IMG/VR virus record: IMGVR_UViG_3300036978_001050
Direction: 5' to 3' (one strand)
DNA: 29,588 nucleotides
Source of the DNA: a virus
Taxonomy: Duplodnaviria > Caudoviricetes
The position numbers were made by a program, and so were the translations under genes. Positions 8,375 to 16,307 of this stretch are shown piece after piece (the stretch's first letter is position 1; each line of letters begins with the position of its first letter). The notes under the pieces were generated by a model. That model was not told the origin of the DNA and did no database searches. It saw only the letters and a list, made by a program, of their open reading frames with translations.

Positions 8375-8488
8375 CGCCTGGGAGCGGGAGGAGGGCTTGC
8401 TCCGGGCCTCTCCAGTCTGAGGCCCTCCTGGGGTCGGGCCTCCGCTGGGATCGGTCCCGTCGCTGCGCCATACCTGGCGCCGATCGTC

Positions 8489-8824
8489 ATGGCCACGCTC
8501 TCTGCAGGCAGCCCCGCTGCCACCTCCCCGTTCTGCAGGCCAGAAGAGGATCCCTTTCTGCTGCTCGAATCCACGCTGCGCTCGGTAGAGGAGATCCTGC
8601 TGCGTCGTCGTGGGCTGCCGCTGCGCCGCACCTGGATCGAGCAGCCCTATGGAGAAGAAGAGATCACCCTGCTGGAGGAGGAGGTGATTCCGGCGATCCA
8701 GCAGTGTCTGGCACGGGTCGATGAGCTGGATGAGCGGCTCTTGGCCGAGCAGGAGCTGATGCAGCGCTGTGAGCTCGAGCTGCAGCGCCAGCCACTGTCG
8801 GTGCAGAAGCTGCAGATGGCCTGA
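8489..8824 (+). CDS. Hypothetical acidic/coiled-coil protein
   Basis: 111-aa ATG ORF with protein-like composition. Confidence 0.7.
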   Translation: MATLSAGSPAATSPFCRPEEDPFLLLESTLRSVEEILLRRRGLPLRRTWIEQPYGEEEITLLEEEVIPAIQQCLARVDELDERLLAEQELMQRCELELQRQPLSVQKLQMA

Positions 8825-9003
8825 GCGCCATGGATTGGGGGCTGCAGCAGCGGCCCCCTTGCCTGTGCCTTGATCCCAGGGTTGGCAGAGCAGCTCCACT
8901 GCTCGGGCGCGGTGGGTGCTCAGCACGGATCTACAGCAGGGCCAGTGGGGCGTGGCTGGCCGGGTGGAGCGAAACCCCGCCGCAGCATGCCCCTGCGGCT
9001 TGC

Positions 9004-9050
9004 GCTGGCCAGGGCTGACGCAAGGCTCGCGGGGCTCGCCCCTGGCCAGC
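9004..9050 (+). repeat. Hairpin leader element copy D
   Basis: GCTGGCCAGGG (9004-9014) / CCCTGGCCAGC (9040-9050); loop starts CTGACGCAAG; preceded by GGCTTGCGC as in copy A. Confidence 0.75.
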
Positions 9051-9098
9051 ACTGCGCCTGCGGGGCGTCTGGTCGGTGTTCTCCGCTCCATCCCAGCC

Positions 9099-9317
9099 AT
9101 GGCCGCTCCCCAAGGCCCCGTCTGCGAAGTCCGCCTGCTTGTGGTTCACCGCTATCAGCCCGGCGTCCAGAAGCTCGGCACTGCCCCCTGTGCGGTCGAG
9201 TTCTTTGGCCGCCGAGGCAAGCCCGTCAAGAAGATGCGGCTGATCCCTGCCGAGAAGGCATTCGCCTTTGCCCGCAAGCTGCAGGGCACCCCCGGCTGCA
9301 CCGTCTCGGTCTGCTGA
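9099..9317 (+). CDS. Small hypothetical protein (72 aa), paralog of 464-676
   Basis: ATG 9099 in ORF 8916..9317; similar to the 464 protein. Confidence 0.7.
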   Translation: MAAPQGPVCEVRLLVVHRYQPGVQKLGTAPCAVEFFGRRGKPVKKMRLIPAEKAFAFARKLQGTPGCTVSVC

Positions 9318-9329
9318 GCCAGGGGGCTC

Positions 9330-9359
9330 AGGCCCGGCTGCCGGTTGGTGGCCGGGCCT
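9330..9359. terminator. Hairpin between convergent genes (possible bidirectional terminator)
   Basis: AGGCCCGGCTGCC-ggtt-GGTGGCCGGGCCT; no U-tract. Confidence 0.4.
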
Positions 9360-9634
9360 CACAGCCAATGGCGGTAGGCACTCCGCTGCCGCCGGGCCCT
9401 GGCTTTGGCGCGAGCATTGCCGAACTGGGGGCTGCTGCCGTCACGGCGACGGCGCACCCAGACACCACGGCGAATGAGCTGGCTGTCCTGGGGATTGGCC
9501 CGACGGGCGGCCACGATCACCCCATAGCCCTCCTTGTGTCGGCGCTGGGCGCGGGAGCGGGCCTGGTTGGCGCTGGCGGCCGGCACCACCGTGGCGGTGG
9601 ATCGGTTGCGCCAGAACACCAGGTACCAGGCCAT
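9359..9634 (-). CDS. Small basic (Arg-rich) hypothetical protein
   Basis: ATG preceded by GGAGGGAG; follows the scaffold gene. Confidence 0.6.
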   Translation of the reverse strand: MAWYLVFWRNRSTATVVPAASANQARSRAQRRHKEGYGVIVAARRANPQDSQLIRRGVWVRRRRDGSSPQFGNARAKARARRQRSAYRHWL

Positions 9635-9655
9635 TGCTCCCTCCCGGCGGGTTGA

Positions 9656-10603
9656 TCAGCGCCGCGGTGCAGCCGCCCTGGGGGTGGTGCCCTTGACGGC
9701 CTCCAGGTAGAGCTCGGCGGTGCTCAGGGTCTGCAGGTTCACGGCTCCGCCGTGCTCGTGACCGCTCTCCGGCACAGCCGCCGAGTACAGCCCGCTGCGC
9801 TGCTGGAACAGGAAGCTGTACACCGGGTGGCGGCGCAGCTCCTCCATGTAGTCGCCATCGCTGAGGGCGACACCGTCGGCTGTGAGGGGCTGGCCCTTGC
9901 CGTCCACCGGCAGCAGCCGCTCGCGGCCGTCCACCTCGCCCAGCTGGAAGTGGCCGCCGCACAGCGTCACGAAGGTGTCAAAGAACGTCCCCCGTTCATC
10001 ACCGCCCACCCGGCCTTCCGCTTCTGAAAACAGCCGTTCCATCAAGCGCTCCTTGCGCAGGTTCTGCACCTGTGAGCGGGCCTCGTCCCGTTCCTTTTCC
10101 ACGCTGCGCACGCGGCGCAGGTTGGCCTCATTGAGCTGGCGTTCGCGCTCGCCCACCTGGCGTTCGAACTCCTCGCGCTTGCGCTCGGCGTCCTGCAGGC
10201 GGGCGTACTCGTCCGGGTTGATCTCGGAGAAGCGGGACAGCTGGGCTCGGGCCTTGCGCAGCTCTTTCTCGAGTTGGTTACTGCGGCGCCGCTCGGCCCG
10301 CAGGGGATCAGCACTGCTGGGAGCAGCGGCAGGGGGGTCGTCGTTGTCGCTGGGGCTGGAGTCCTGTGGCAGGGAGAGATCGAGGGTGTCGTCGCCGTCG
10401 GCAGCATCCAGACCCGCGTCAGCAGCGCCGTCGCTGTTGAGCAGGTCGGGGTCGGCGGCAGGTTGGACAGAGCCAGCAGAGCCCTGGTTGGGTTGTTGCT
10501 GCTGTTGGCGGTAGGTCTGCCATCGGCCAGGAGGGACCATGGGACCTGGAGCAGCGCCGCTGTTGGCGACGCTGGAGTCAGAGGAGAAGAAGGAGGAGGG
10601 CAT
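9656..10603 (-). CDS. Putative capsid scaffolding protein
   Basis: Disordered acidic N-terminus and long coiled coil (LRAERRRSNQLEKELRKARAQL...); lies between portal and capsid. Start ATG 10603 or GTG 10606. Confidence 0.7.
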   Translation of the reverse strand: MPSSFFSSDSSVANSGAAPGPMVPPGRWQTYRQQQQQPNQGSAGSVQPAADPDLLNSDGAADAGLDAADGDDTLDLSLPQDSSPSDNDDPPAAAPSSADPLRAERRRSNQLEKELRKARAQLSRFSEINPDEYARLQDAERKREEFERQVGERERQLNEANLRRVRSVEKERDEARSQVQNLRKERLMERLFSEAEGRVGGDERGTFFDTFVTLCGGHFQLGEVDGRERLLPVDGKGQPLTADGVALSDGDYMEELRRHPVYSFLFQQRSGLYSAAVPESGHEHGGAVNLQTLSTAELYLEAVKGTTPRAAAPRR

Positions 10604-10658
10604 CACCCATCACGGCTGTGGTGCTGCGGGCGCCCCGTCCGGGCTGCGCTCGCTCTCC

Positions 10659-10668
10659 CTGTTGCCAG
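10659..10668 (-). promoter_or_regulatory. CTGGCAACAG motif upstream of the scaffold gene
   Basis: Exact 10-mer, intergenic, sense orientation. Confidence 0.6.
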
Positions 10669-10672
10669 CTCC

Positions 10673-11842
10673 TCAAAAGCCCTGCTCAGGCAGCTCATCC
10701 AGCACGGGAGCAGAGCGCCGGGCCGGCAGGTAGATCCACTCCCCCGCCGGCAGCGGGGTTGAGGGCATGTAGCCAGGCACCAGCAACTGCATCCCCGCCG
10801 GGATGGAAGTGGTGGAGCGGTAGACGGGCAGGAGCAGGGTGGTGCCAGCCGGCAGCGGTTCCTCGCTGGGCCAGCTGCTCAGCTCCGGGTTGAACTGGCG
10901 CAGCAGAGTGAGGCTGAGGTTCTGCTCGGCCGCCACGCTGCTGAGCGTTTCGCCTTCGGCGCTGATGTAGGTCTCGCTCTGCTGCAGCACCGGGTTGAGG
11001 CTGCGCAGCTTGCTTTCGGTGGTGCCATAGCGACCGGCCAGCACCGCCAGGGAGTCGCCCTCGACGGCGATGATCGTCTGGGTGCTCTCCAGCTGGGGGT
11101 TGATCCGCCGCAGGGTGGCCACGGTGGTGCCGTAGCGCTCAGCGATCAGGTTCAAGGTGTCGCCATCGCGCAGCACCAGCACGCTGTGGGGTCTGAGCAC
11201 CAGCTGGATCGCTTCCCCCAGCAACGGCTGCAGCAGCAGGCTGATGCCGCCCGGGCCGTAGTCCGCCCCGAAGTGCATCACCTGGCAACCGGCGAACTGG
11301 GCCCGTCCCCCCGAGGGAAGTCCGCCCTGGGGCTGGAGCAGGGCCAGGTCCCCCAGCCACATCACACCCTGACAAGGAGCCTGCACAGTTCCCAGCAACG
11401 ACGGGTCCCAGGGCAGCGGCGCCTCGTCGCGGAAGCCTGGGGTGGCCCAGTCCTGCTCAGCCGCCAGCCAATCGAAGGTGTTGCTGGTGCTCACCGGCAG
11501 GATCGCCGCCCGGCAGAGGTAGCCGCGCAGCAACACGTCCCCAGGGTCGGTGAGGGCGGTGTCGTTGTAGCCGCTGACGATGCCGCTCTGCTCGAGGAAG
11601 CAATCGATCACATGCCGGCGGATTGGAACCGGATTGCGGCTGTCAGGCCGGTCCACCTCGAACAGGCAGAGGCGGGCATTGGCGTAGGGCTGCAGCGCCA
11701 GCCACAGGGGCAGAGCCGCGGGCTGAGCTATCCGGCTGTCAATCGCTGAAGCGGCTGCAGGCAGGGAGACCAACTGGCCCCACAGCGGCGCACCCCGCAG
11801 GGGGTTGAGGCCCTGGTTGAGTGGCGAGAGGGGTAGCTCCAT
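10673..11842 (-). CDS. Protein with three C-terminal LysM motifs
   Basis: GDTLNLIAERYGTTVATLRRINP, GDSLAVLAGRYGTTESKLRSLNP, GETLSSVAAEQNLSLTLLRQFNP. Confidence 0.85.
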   Translation of the reverse strand: MELPLSPLNQGLNPLRGAPLWGQLVSLPAAASAIDSRIAQPAALPLWLALQPYANARLCLFEVDRPDSRNPVPIRRHVIDCFLEQSGIVSGYNDTALTDPGDVLLRGYLCRAAILPVSTSNTFDWLAAEQDWATPGFRDEAPLPWDPSLLGTVQAPCQGVMWLGDLALLQPQGGLPSGGRAQFAGCQVMHFGADYGPGGISLLLQPLLGEAIQLVLRPHSVLVLRDGDTLNLIAERYGTTVATLRRINPQLESTQTIIAVEGDSLAVLAGRYGTTESKLRSLNPVLQQSETYISAEGETLSSVAAEQNLSLTLLRQFNPELSSWPSEEPLPAGTTLLLPVYRSTTSIPAGMQLLVPGYMPSTPLPAGEWIYLPARRSAPVLDELPEQGF

Positions 11843-11845
11843 CGC

Positions 11846-12343
11846 TCAGCCCCGTACCAGCGATCCCCGGAAGGGGTCGGGGTTGCACTGGCGCCAGTTC
11901 TGCAGCCGCGGCAGCAGCAGCGCCAGCTGGCCGATGTGCTGGCTGCGCTGCCGGTTCAGCACCACCGCCGGTGAGGGGCCCGCAGGGTTCCACTCGCTCT
12001 CGGTTTCCTCCAGCAGCAGCTCGGTGGCGTACTCCACCACCGCCAACTTTCTCAGCGGCAGTGGGTTGGGCACCACGCCACCGGCCACGCCCTTGCGCCG
12101 GCTGCGCACCGGGCTGTTCACCTCTGCCGGTGTCAGTGCGGCCAGCTGCTCATTCAGCGCCGCAATGGCATCGAGGTGGCCCTGGGCGGTGCAGACCCCT
12201 GTGGGGTAGTGGGTCTGCAGCTGGGCCATCTCCCGGTTCAGGGCCGCAAGGGCGGCACTGGTCACCGGGATGGACAGGGCGATGCGCAAGGCCTCGGCAT
12301 CACCGGGACGCCAGGTGCAGGTGGGTGGGGAGGACTGGGTCAT
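11846..12343 (-). CDS. Hypothetical protein, possible head-completion/adaptor
   Basis: 165 aa directly after the portal gene; GGAGG upstream. Function inferred from position only. Confidence 0.6.
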   Translation of the reverse strand: MTQSSPPTCTWRPGDAEALRIALSIPVTSAALAALNREMAQLQTHYPTGVCTAQGHLDAIAALNEQLAALTPAEVNSPVRSRRKGVAGGVVPNPLPLRKLAVVEYATELLLEETESEWNPAGPSPAVVLNRQRSQHIGQLALLLPRLQNWRQCNPDPFRGSLVRG

Positions 12344-12359
12344 GCCCTCCCTTGCCAGA

Positions 12360-13949
12360 TCAGCTGCCTCTGCCCCCGTTGGGCTCGCCCAGCCCCAGCT
12401 GCTGGCGCAGCTCGGCGCCGTCGATCACCCCCCGCTCATGCAGCACCAGCCACTCCTGCACCGAGGGCTGGGGTTTGCGCGGTGGTTGCGGCGGCACCAA
12501 CGGGCAGATCTCCACGCTGCAGGCCGGAGTGTCGGAGAGCTTTTCGCCGGTGAGGCGGGTCCACTGGCGCAGCAGGGTGCTGAGCATCGAGGCCTTCTGG
12601 CCTGCCAGCGACTGGAGCACCGCAAAGCTCTGGCCGGCAGTCAGGGAAATCTCCAGCTCGGTGCGGGCTGGACCGTGGCCGCCGGCGGGGATCAGGGCGT
12701 CGCGGCGCATGGCCTCTTCCAGCTGCTGCAGGTAGGCCCGGTGCTCCGCCAGCGAGCGGGCCTCGATTTCGACCCACTGGAACGTGGCGCCCTCCGGCAA
12801 GTCCATGAAGGAGGAGGTGGAGAGCACCAGACGCTGGGGCCGTTGGCCTTCTGCGCCGCCGGTGGCAGCACCTGAACCGAGAGCGCCGTCGCTGCGGCGG
12901 AAGCCGTAGGCATCCACCAGGCCCGTGCGCACGCCAACCGGCAGGGCGGTGCGCGACAAGAGGTCCTCGTATTCGCTGCGGCAGCGGTAGTGGTTGAGGT
13001 ACTGGTGCGCCAGGCCCAGATGGGGCAGATCGCCCTCGCCAAAGGCAGTGCCATCCACTGAGTACCAGAGGGCCGGCAGATCAAACCGCTGGGGCAGCAG
13101 CGACGGCTCGCCCACCGGCACCATGTCGTAGCCATCGGCAGCGCCGGGGTTGGGGTTGGCCTGCCAGCTGCGCAGCACCAGGCCGTCGTCCGTCACCGAC
13201 AGGCTGCGGTAGAGCCAGGCCTGGGGATCGGGCACCAGCCCGCCGTGGGCGTCGAGCACCACCGTGGGCACGGCGGCATGGCCGCTGGCGAAGCGGGGCG
13301 GCAGGGTCTGCCGACGCGGCTCCCGCCAGACGATCTCCACCGGGCCCGATGCCGGAGCGCCTGTGGTGCCGTCGGTGGGCAGGCGCCAGTTGAGCAGGTC
13401 GCCCCGGGGCACCAGCTGCAGCCGCGGCAGAGAGAGCCGGTCGCCCTTGGCGAGGGCCTCCAGCCGGTCCCCTTCTGACGGCCAACGATGCTGAGGCGGC
13501 AGCTGCAGGATCAGGCAGCCGCCATCGCGCAGGGTGAGCAGGTCGGCCAGGAACAGGAACACCCCCAGGTCCGTGCCCTGGCCGTCCACATCGGTGGCCA
13601 CCCTGGTCAGCGAGTCGGGCAGCTCCTGCCAGACAAGTCGCGACAGCATCCCCGCGTAGGTGCGCAGGGCATCGCGGTAGAAGCCGGTGGGGCGGGCAGC
13701 TTCCAGCCGCTTGAGGTAGCAGGTCTCGGGCTCCTCGATGCCGCGGGGCAAATACACCGGCCGGCGGCTGGTGCCGTCGGGGAGCTCCAGCAGGGTCCAG
13801 CAGTCGTAGACCAGCTGCAGGCGGTCTCTCAGGCCCGAGAGGATGGGGTGTTCCAGCCAGGGGGGCTGGGCAGGTGGCTGAGCCTGCGGCGCTGGTGGCG
13901 AGGAGGAGCTGCAGGGGGTAGTTGTCCTGCGGCGCCGGGTAGTGGGCAC
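12360..13949 (-). CDS. Portal protein (DUF4055-like)
   Basis: YLPRGIEEPETCYLKRLEAA..TDVDGQGTDL..LAHQYLNHYRCRSEYEDLL...LP; size and position fit. Confidence 0.85.
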   Translation of the reverse strand: MPTTRRRRTTTPCSSSSPPAPQAQPPAQPPWLEHPILSGLRDRLQLVYDCWTLLELPDGTSRRPVYLPRGIEEPETCYLKRLEAARPTGFYRDALRTYAGMLSRLVWQELPDSLTRVATDVDGQGTDLGVFLFLADLLTLRDGGCLILQLPPQHRWPSEGDRLEALAKGDRLSLPRLQLVPRGDLLNWRLPTDGTTGAPASGPVEIVWREPRRQTLPPRFASGHAAVPTVVLDAHGGLVPDPQAWLYRSLSVTDDGLVLRSWQANPNPGAADGYDMVPVGEPSLLPQRFDLPALWYSVDGTAFGEGDLPHLGLAHQYLNHYRCRSEYEDLLSRTALPVGVRTGLVDAYGFRRSDGALGSGAATGGAEGQRPQRLVLSTSSFMDLPEGATFQWVEIEARSLAEHRAYLQQLEEAMRRDALIPAGGHGPARTELEISLTAGQSFAVLQSLAGQKASMLSTLLRQWTRLTGEKLSDTPACSVEICPLVPPQPPRKPQPSVQEWLVLHERGVIDGAELRQQLGLGEPNGGRGS

Positions 13950-14274
13950 GGGCTGCTTGCTGGGTAAACGCCTTTGCCAGCAACAGCAATTGGCCGCGGG
14001 GGCATTCCATACAGAATCTGCATTCTTTTGGCCATAGCGTCAGGGCAGACGGGTCGACCAGCCCGAAACCCTAGGTTGATGCGTGGGTTCGCCGAGGTGT
14101 CAGACGCGATGAATTTCCTGCCAAGGATTCGCAGTCAAGCGACAGACAGACATCTGCATTAAGCGACCTAGAATTATCACGCGAGTCACGAAGGGGCTGG
14201 TCACTCAATGCTGAGGGTTCGTCCACCTTTAACCATGCCTCGTAAACCTCTCTCATGTTCAAGTGGATTGCACA

Positions 14275-15579
14275 ATGACTACCCTCAACCAGGTATTCGG
14301 CGTCAGCGCAGACCCAGTGCTGTCATACATCGTTCGCGACAACATTGACGGACTCTTCACTGCCGTATTAAACGAGGATAAGCATGTGGTTGTGTACGGA
14401 GCGTCGAAGCAGGGCAAAACAGCGCTGGTTTCACGGTATCTGCCATACGACCAGAATGTTGTTGTACGCCTCTCGCCGAATAGCAACGTGGAGGACATTT
14501 ACTCGAGCATCCTCCGCCAATGCGGAGTAGATATTGAGATAGGCAAGGTGGAGGAGAAGGATTCAGAGGCTTCGGCAACTCTGGGGATCAGGGCAAAGGC
14601 GACAATTTGGTTCTTTGGCGAGGGCGAGGCGAATGCGTCAAGCGGACTCAAGACTGTGGATAAGAGCCAAAAAAACCTCAAAACGATTCCTTTTAACCTG
14701 GCCGTTGCTCAAGATATCGCCGAGCTCTTAAAAAGCGTGAACTTTAAGAAGAAGATCGTCCTAGAGAACTTCCATTACCTTACAGAGGAGAAGCAGCGCC
14801 AGCTATCCTTCGATCTGCGCTCTTTTCAGGAAATGGGCGTCATCTTTGTAGTGCTGGGAGTGTGGCGCCAAAAAGACAAGCTCCGAATCTATTGCCCCGA
14901 CCTCACTGACCGAGTCGTTGATGTTGCCGTAGAGCCTTGGACTGAAGATGAGTTTCACAGAGTTGCCACGGACGGGGCAAAGCACCTGAATGTCGATTTC
15001 GCGCCTGATGTGATTCAGCATTGCATTGAAAATTCTTTCGGAAGTATTGGCGTTTTCCAGGAGTTGTTGAAGCACACATGCATCGCTGCAGGAGTATCAG
15101 AGTGGAGGCAGTTGTCGCAACAGATCTCTAGCATTGACTTCTCCAACACGGCGATTCAAGAGAAAGCGGAGCAATACGGAGCCACGCATTTTCAAGCGCT
15201 TGAGCTTATCTCCTCTGGCAATGTTACTCACTCAAAAGATAAAGAAAAGACCCCACTTCACTTGCCGTACTATCTCGTCTGCGCAATCCTGGAAATGGGA
15301 TTCGCCGGCCTCGAGCATGGAATCAGTCGCTCCGACATTGCGGATAGGATCAAGCAGCATCATCATCGCAAGGATGATGTGCGCCCATCTGACATGAGCA
15401 ATCTGCTTCACAATCTCTCGACTCTTCAGCACAAGAAGGGCATCAATCCGCCCTTGATTGACTACGATATTGGCAAGCGTCGGCTATACGCGATTGATTC
15501 TACCTTCTTTTTCTTCCTCCGAAACTGTGATCTGGGCTTAGTCAAGGATGAGCTTCCCTGTCCGGTAAGCGCCGGGTAG
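14275..15579 (+). CDS. Low-GC P-loop ATPase with probable C-terminal winged helix (moron, candidate defence gene)
   Basis: Walker A VVVYGASKQGKT, Walker B-like IVLENFH; visibly lower GC; opposite strand to its neighbours. Confidence 0.85.
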   Translation: MTTLNQVFGVSADPVLSYIVRDNIDGLFTAVLNEDKHVVVYGASKQGKTALVSRYLPYDQNVVVRLSPNSNVEDIYSSILRQCGVDIEIGKVEEKDSEASATLGIRAKATIWFFGEGEANASSGLKTVDKSQKNLKTIPFNLAVAQDIAELLKSVNFKKKIVLENFHYLTEEKQRQLSFDLRSFQEMGVIFVVLGVWRQKDKLRIYCPDLTDRVVDVAVEPWTEDEFHRVATDGAKHLNVDFAPDVIQHCIENSFGSIGVFQELLKHTCIAAGVSEWRQLSQQISSIDFSNTAIQEKAEQYGATHFQALELISSGNVTHSKDKEKTPLHLPYYLVCAILEMGFAGLEHGISRSDIADRIKQHHHRKDDVRPSDMSNLLHNLSTLQHKKGINPPLIDYDIGKRRLYAIDSTFFFFLRNCDLGLVKDELPCPVSAG

Positions 15580-15605
15580 GAATGAGATGTCAGCCACACG
15601 CACGC

Positions 15606-16307
15606 TTAATCAACAGGGAATGCAACCACCCGCACTGAGCAGGCCTCAGCAATCTGAACCCACTGCTCGCGACTGATCTCCAATCGCTGCAGCATCTCCA
15701 TCACTCCCACCCCTGAGGTCAGCAACCGCTGCCCCCGCGCATGCAGCTCCCGCCATGTCGGCGGCACCTTCAGCAGGAAGCCGTTGTCCCGCAAAAAGTG
15801 CGTGATCTCCCCATTGGCATAGGTGCGCCCGTAAGGCCGGAATAGGCCACGTGACGGGTCGTAGCGCCGCGCCGCCTTGATCAGCCCGATCATCGCCAGC
15901 TGCAGCAGATCCTCCTTGGGATGGATGGTGCGCCGCGCGAAGTTGCCAGCGATCTTCTCCGCCAGATCCATGTGCTCCAGAGCCAGGGCATCGGCCGCGG
16001 CATGGGGCCGCATCGGGCGCTGGCGACGGGGTCTGCAGCGCCGTGGCCGCTGACCCTGGGCTCTGGGGTGGTGACGCTCCGGTTCCTGGAGGTTGATCTC
16101 CAGCTGCTGCGCTCGGGCGTGGCAGGCCGGCCTGCGGTAGCGCCGTTGCCGCAGCATTCGCTCCACCTCGGTGGCATCGCCGATGAGCACCACCGTGATC
16201 GGCAGCACCAGCTGCACCACGGCCGGCGCCAGCACAGCAGCCCCTGGGCTCGCCACAAGCGATGGCCTGGGATTTTCCCGCACCGCGGACACCATTGGCT
16301 CGCTCAC
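15606..16307 (-). CDS. Sigma-70 family (SigF-like) sigma factor with regions 2-3, lacking region 4
   Basis: LALEHMDLAEKIA..EDLLQLAMIGLIKAARRYDPSRG.FRPY...ANGEITHFLRD..LKVP; stops after a region-3-like HTH. Start GTG 16307 (GTGA overlap) or ATG 16295. Confidence 0.85.
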   Translation of the reverse strand: MSEPMVSAVRENPRPSLVASPGAAVLAPAVVQLVLPITVVLIGDATEVERMLRQRRYRRPACHARAQQLEINLQEPERHHPRAQGQRPRRCRPRRQRPMRPHAAADALALEHMDLAEKIAGNFARRTIHPKEDLLQLAMIGLIKAARRYDPSRGLFRPYGRTYANGEITHFLRDNGFLLKVPPTWRELHARGQRLLTSGVGVMEMLQRLEISREQWVQIAEACSVRVVAFPVD

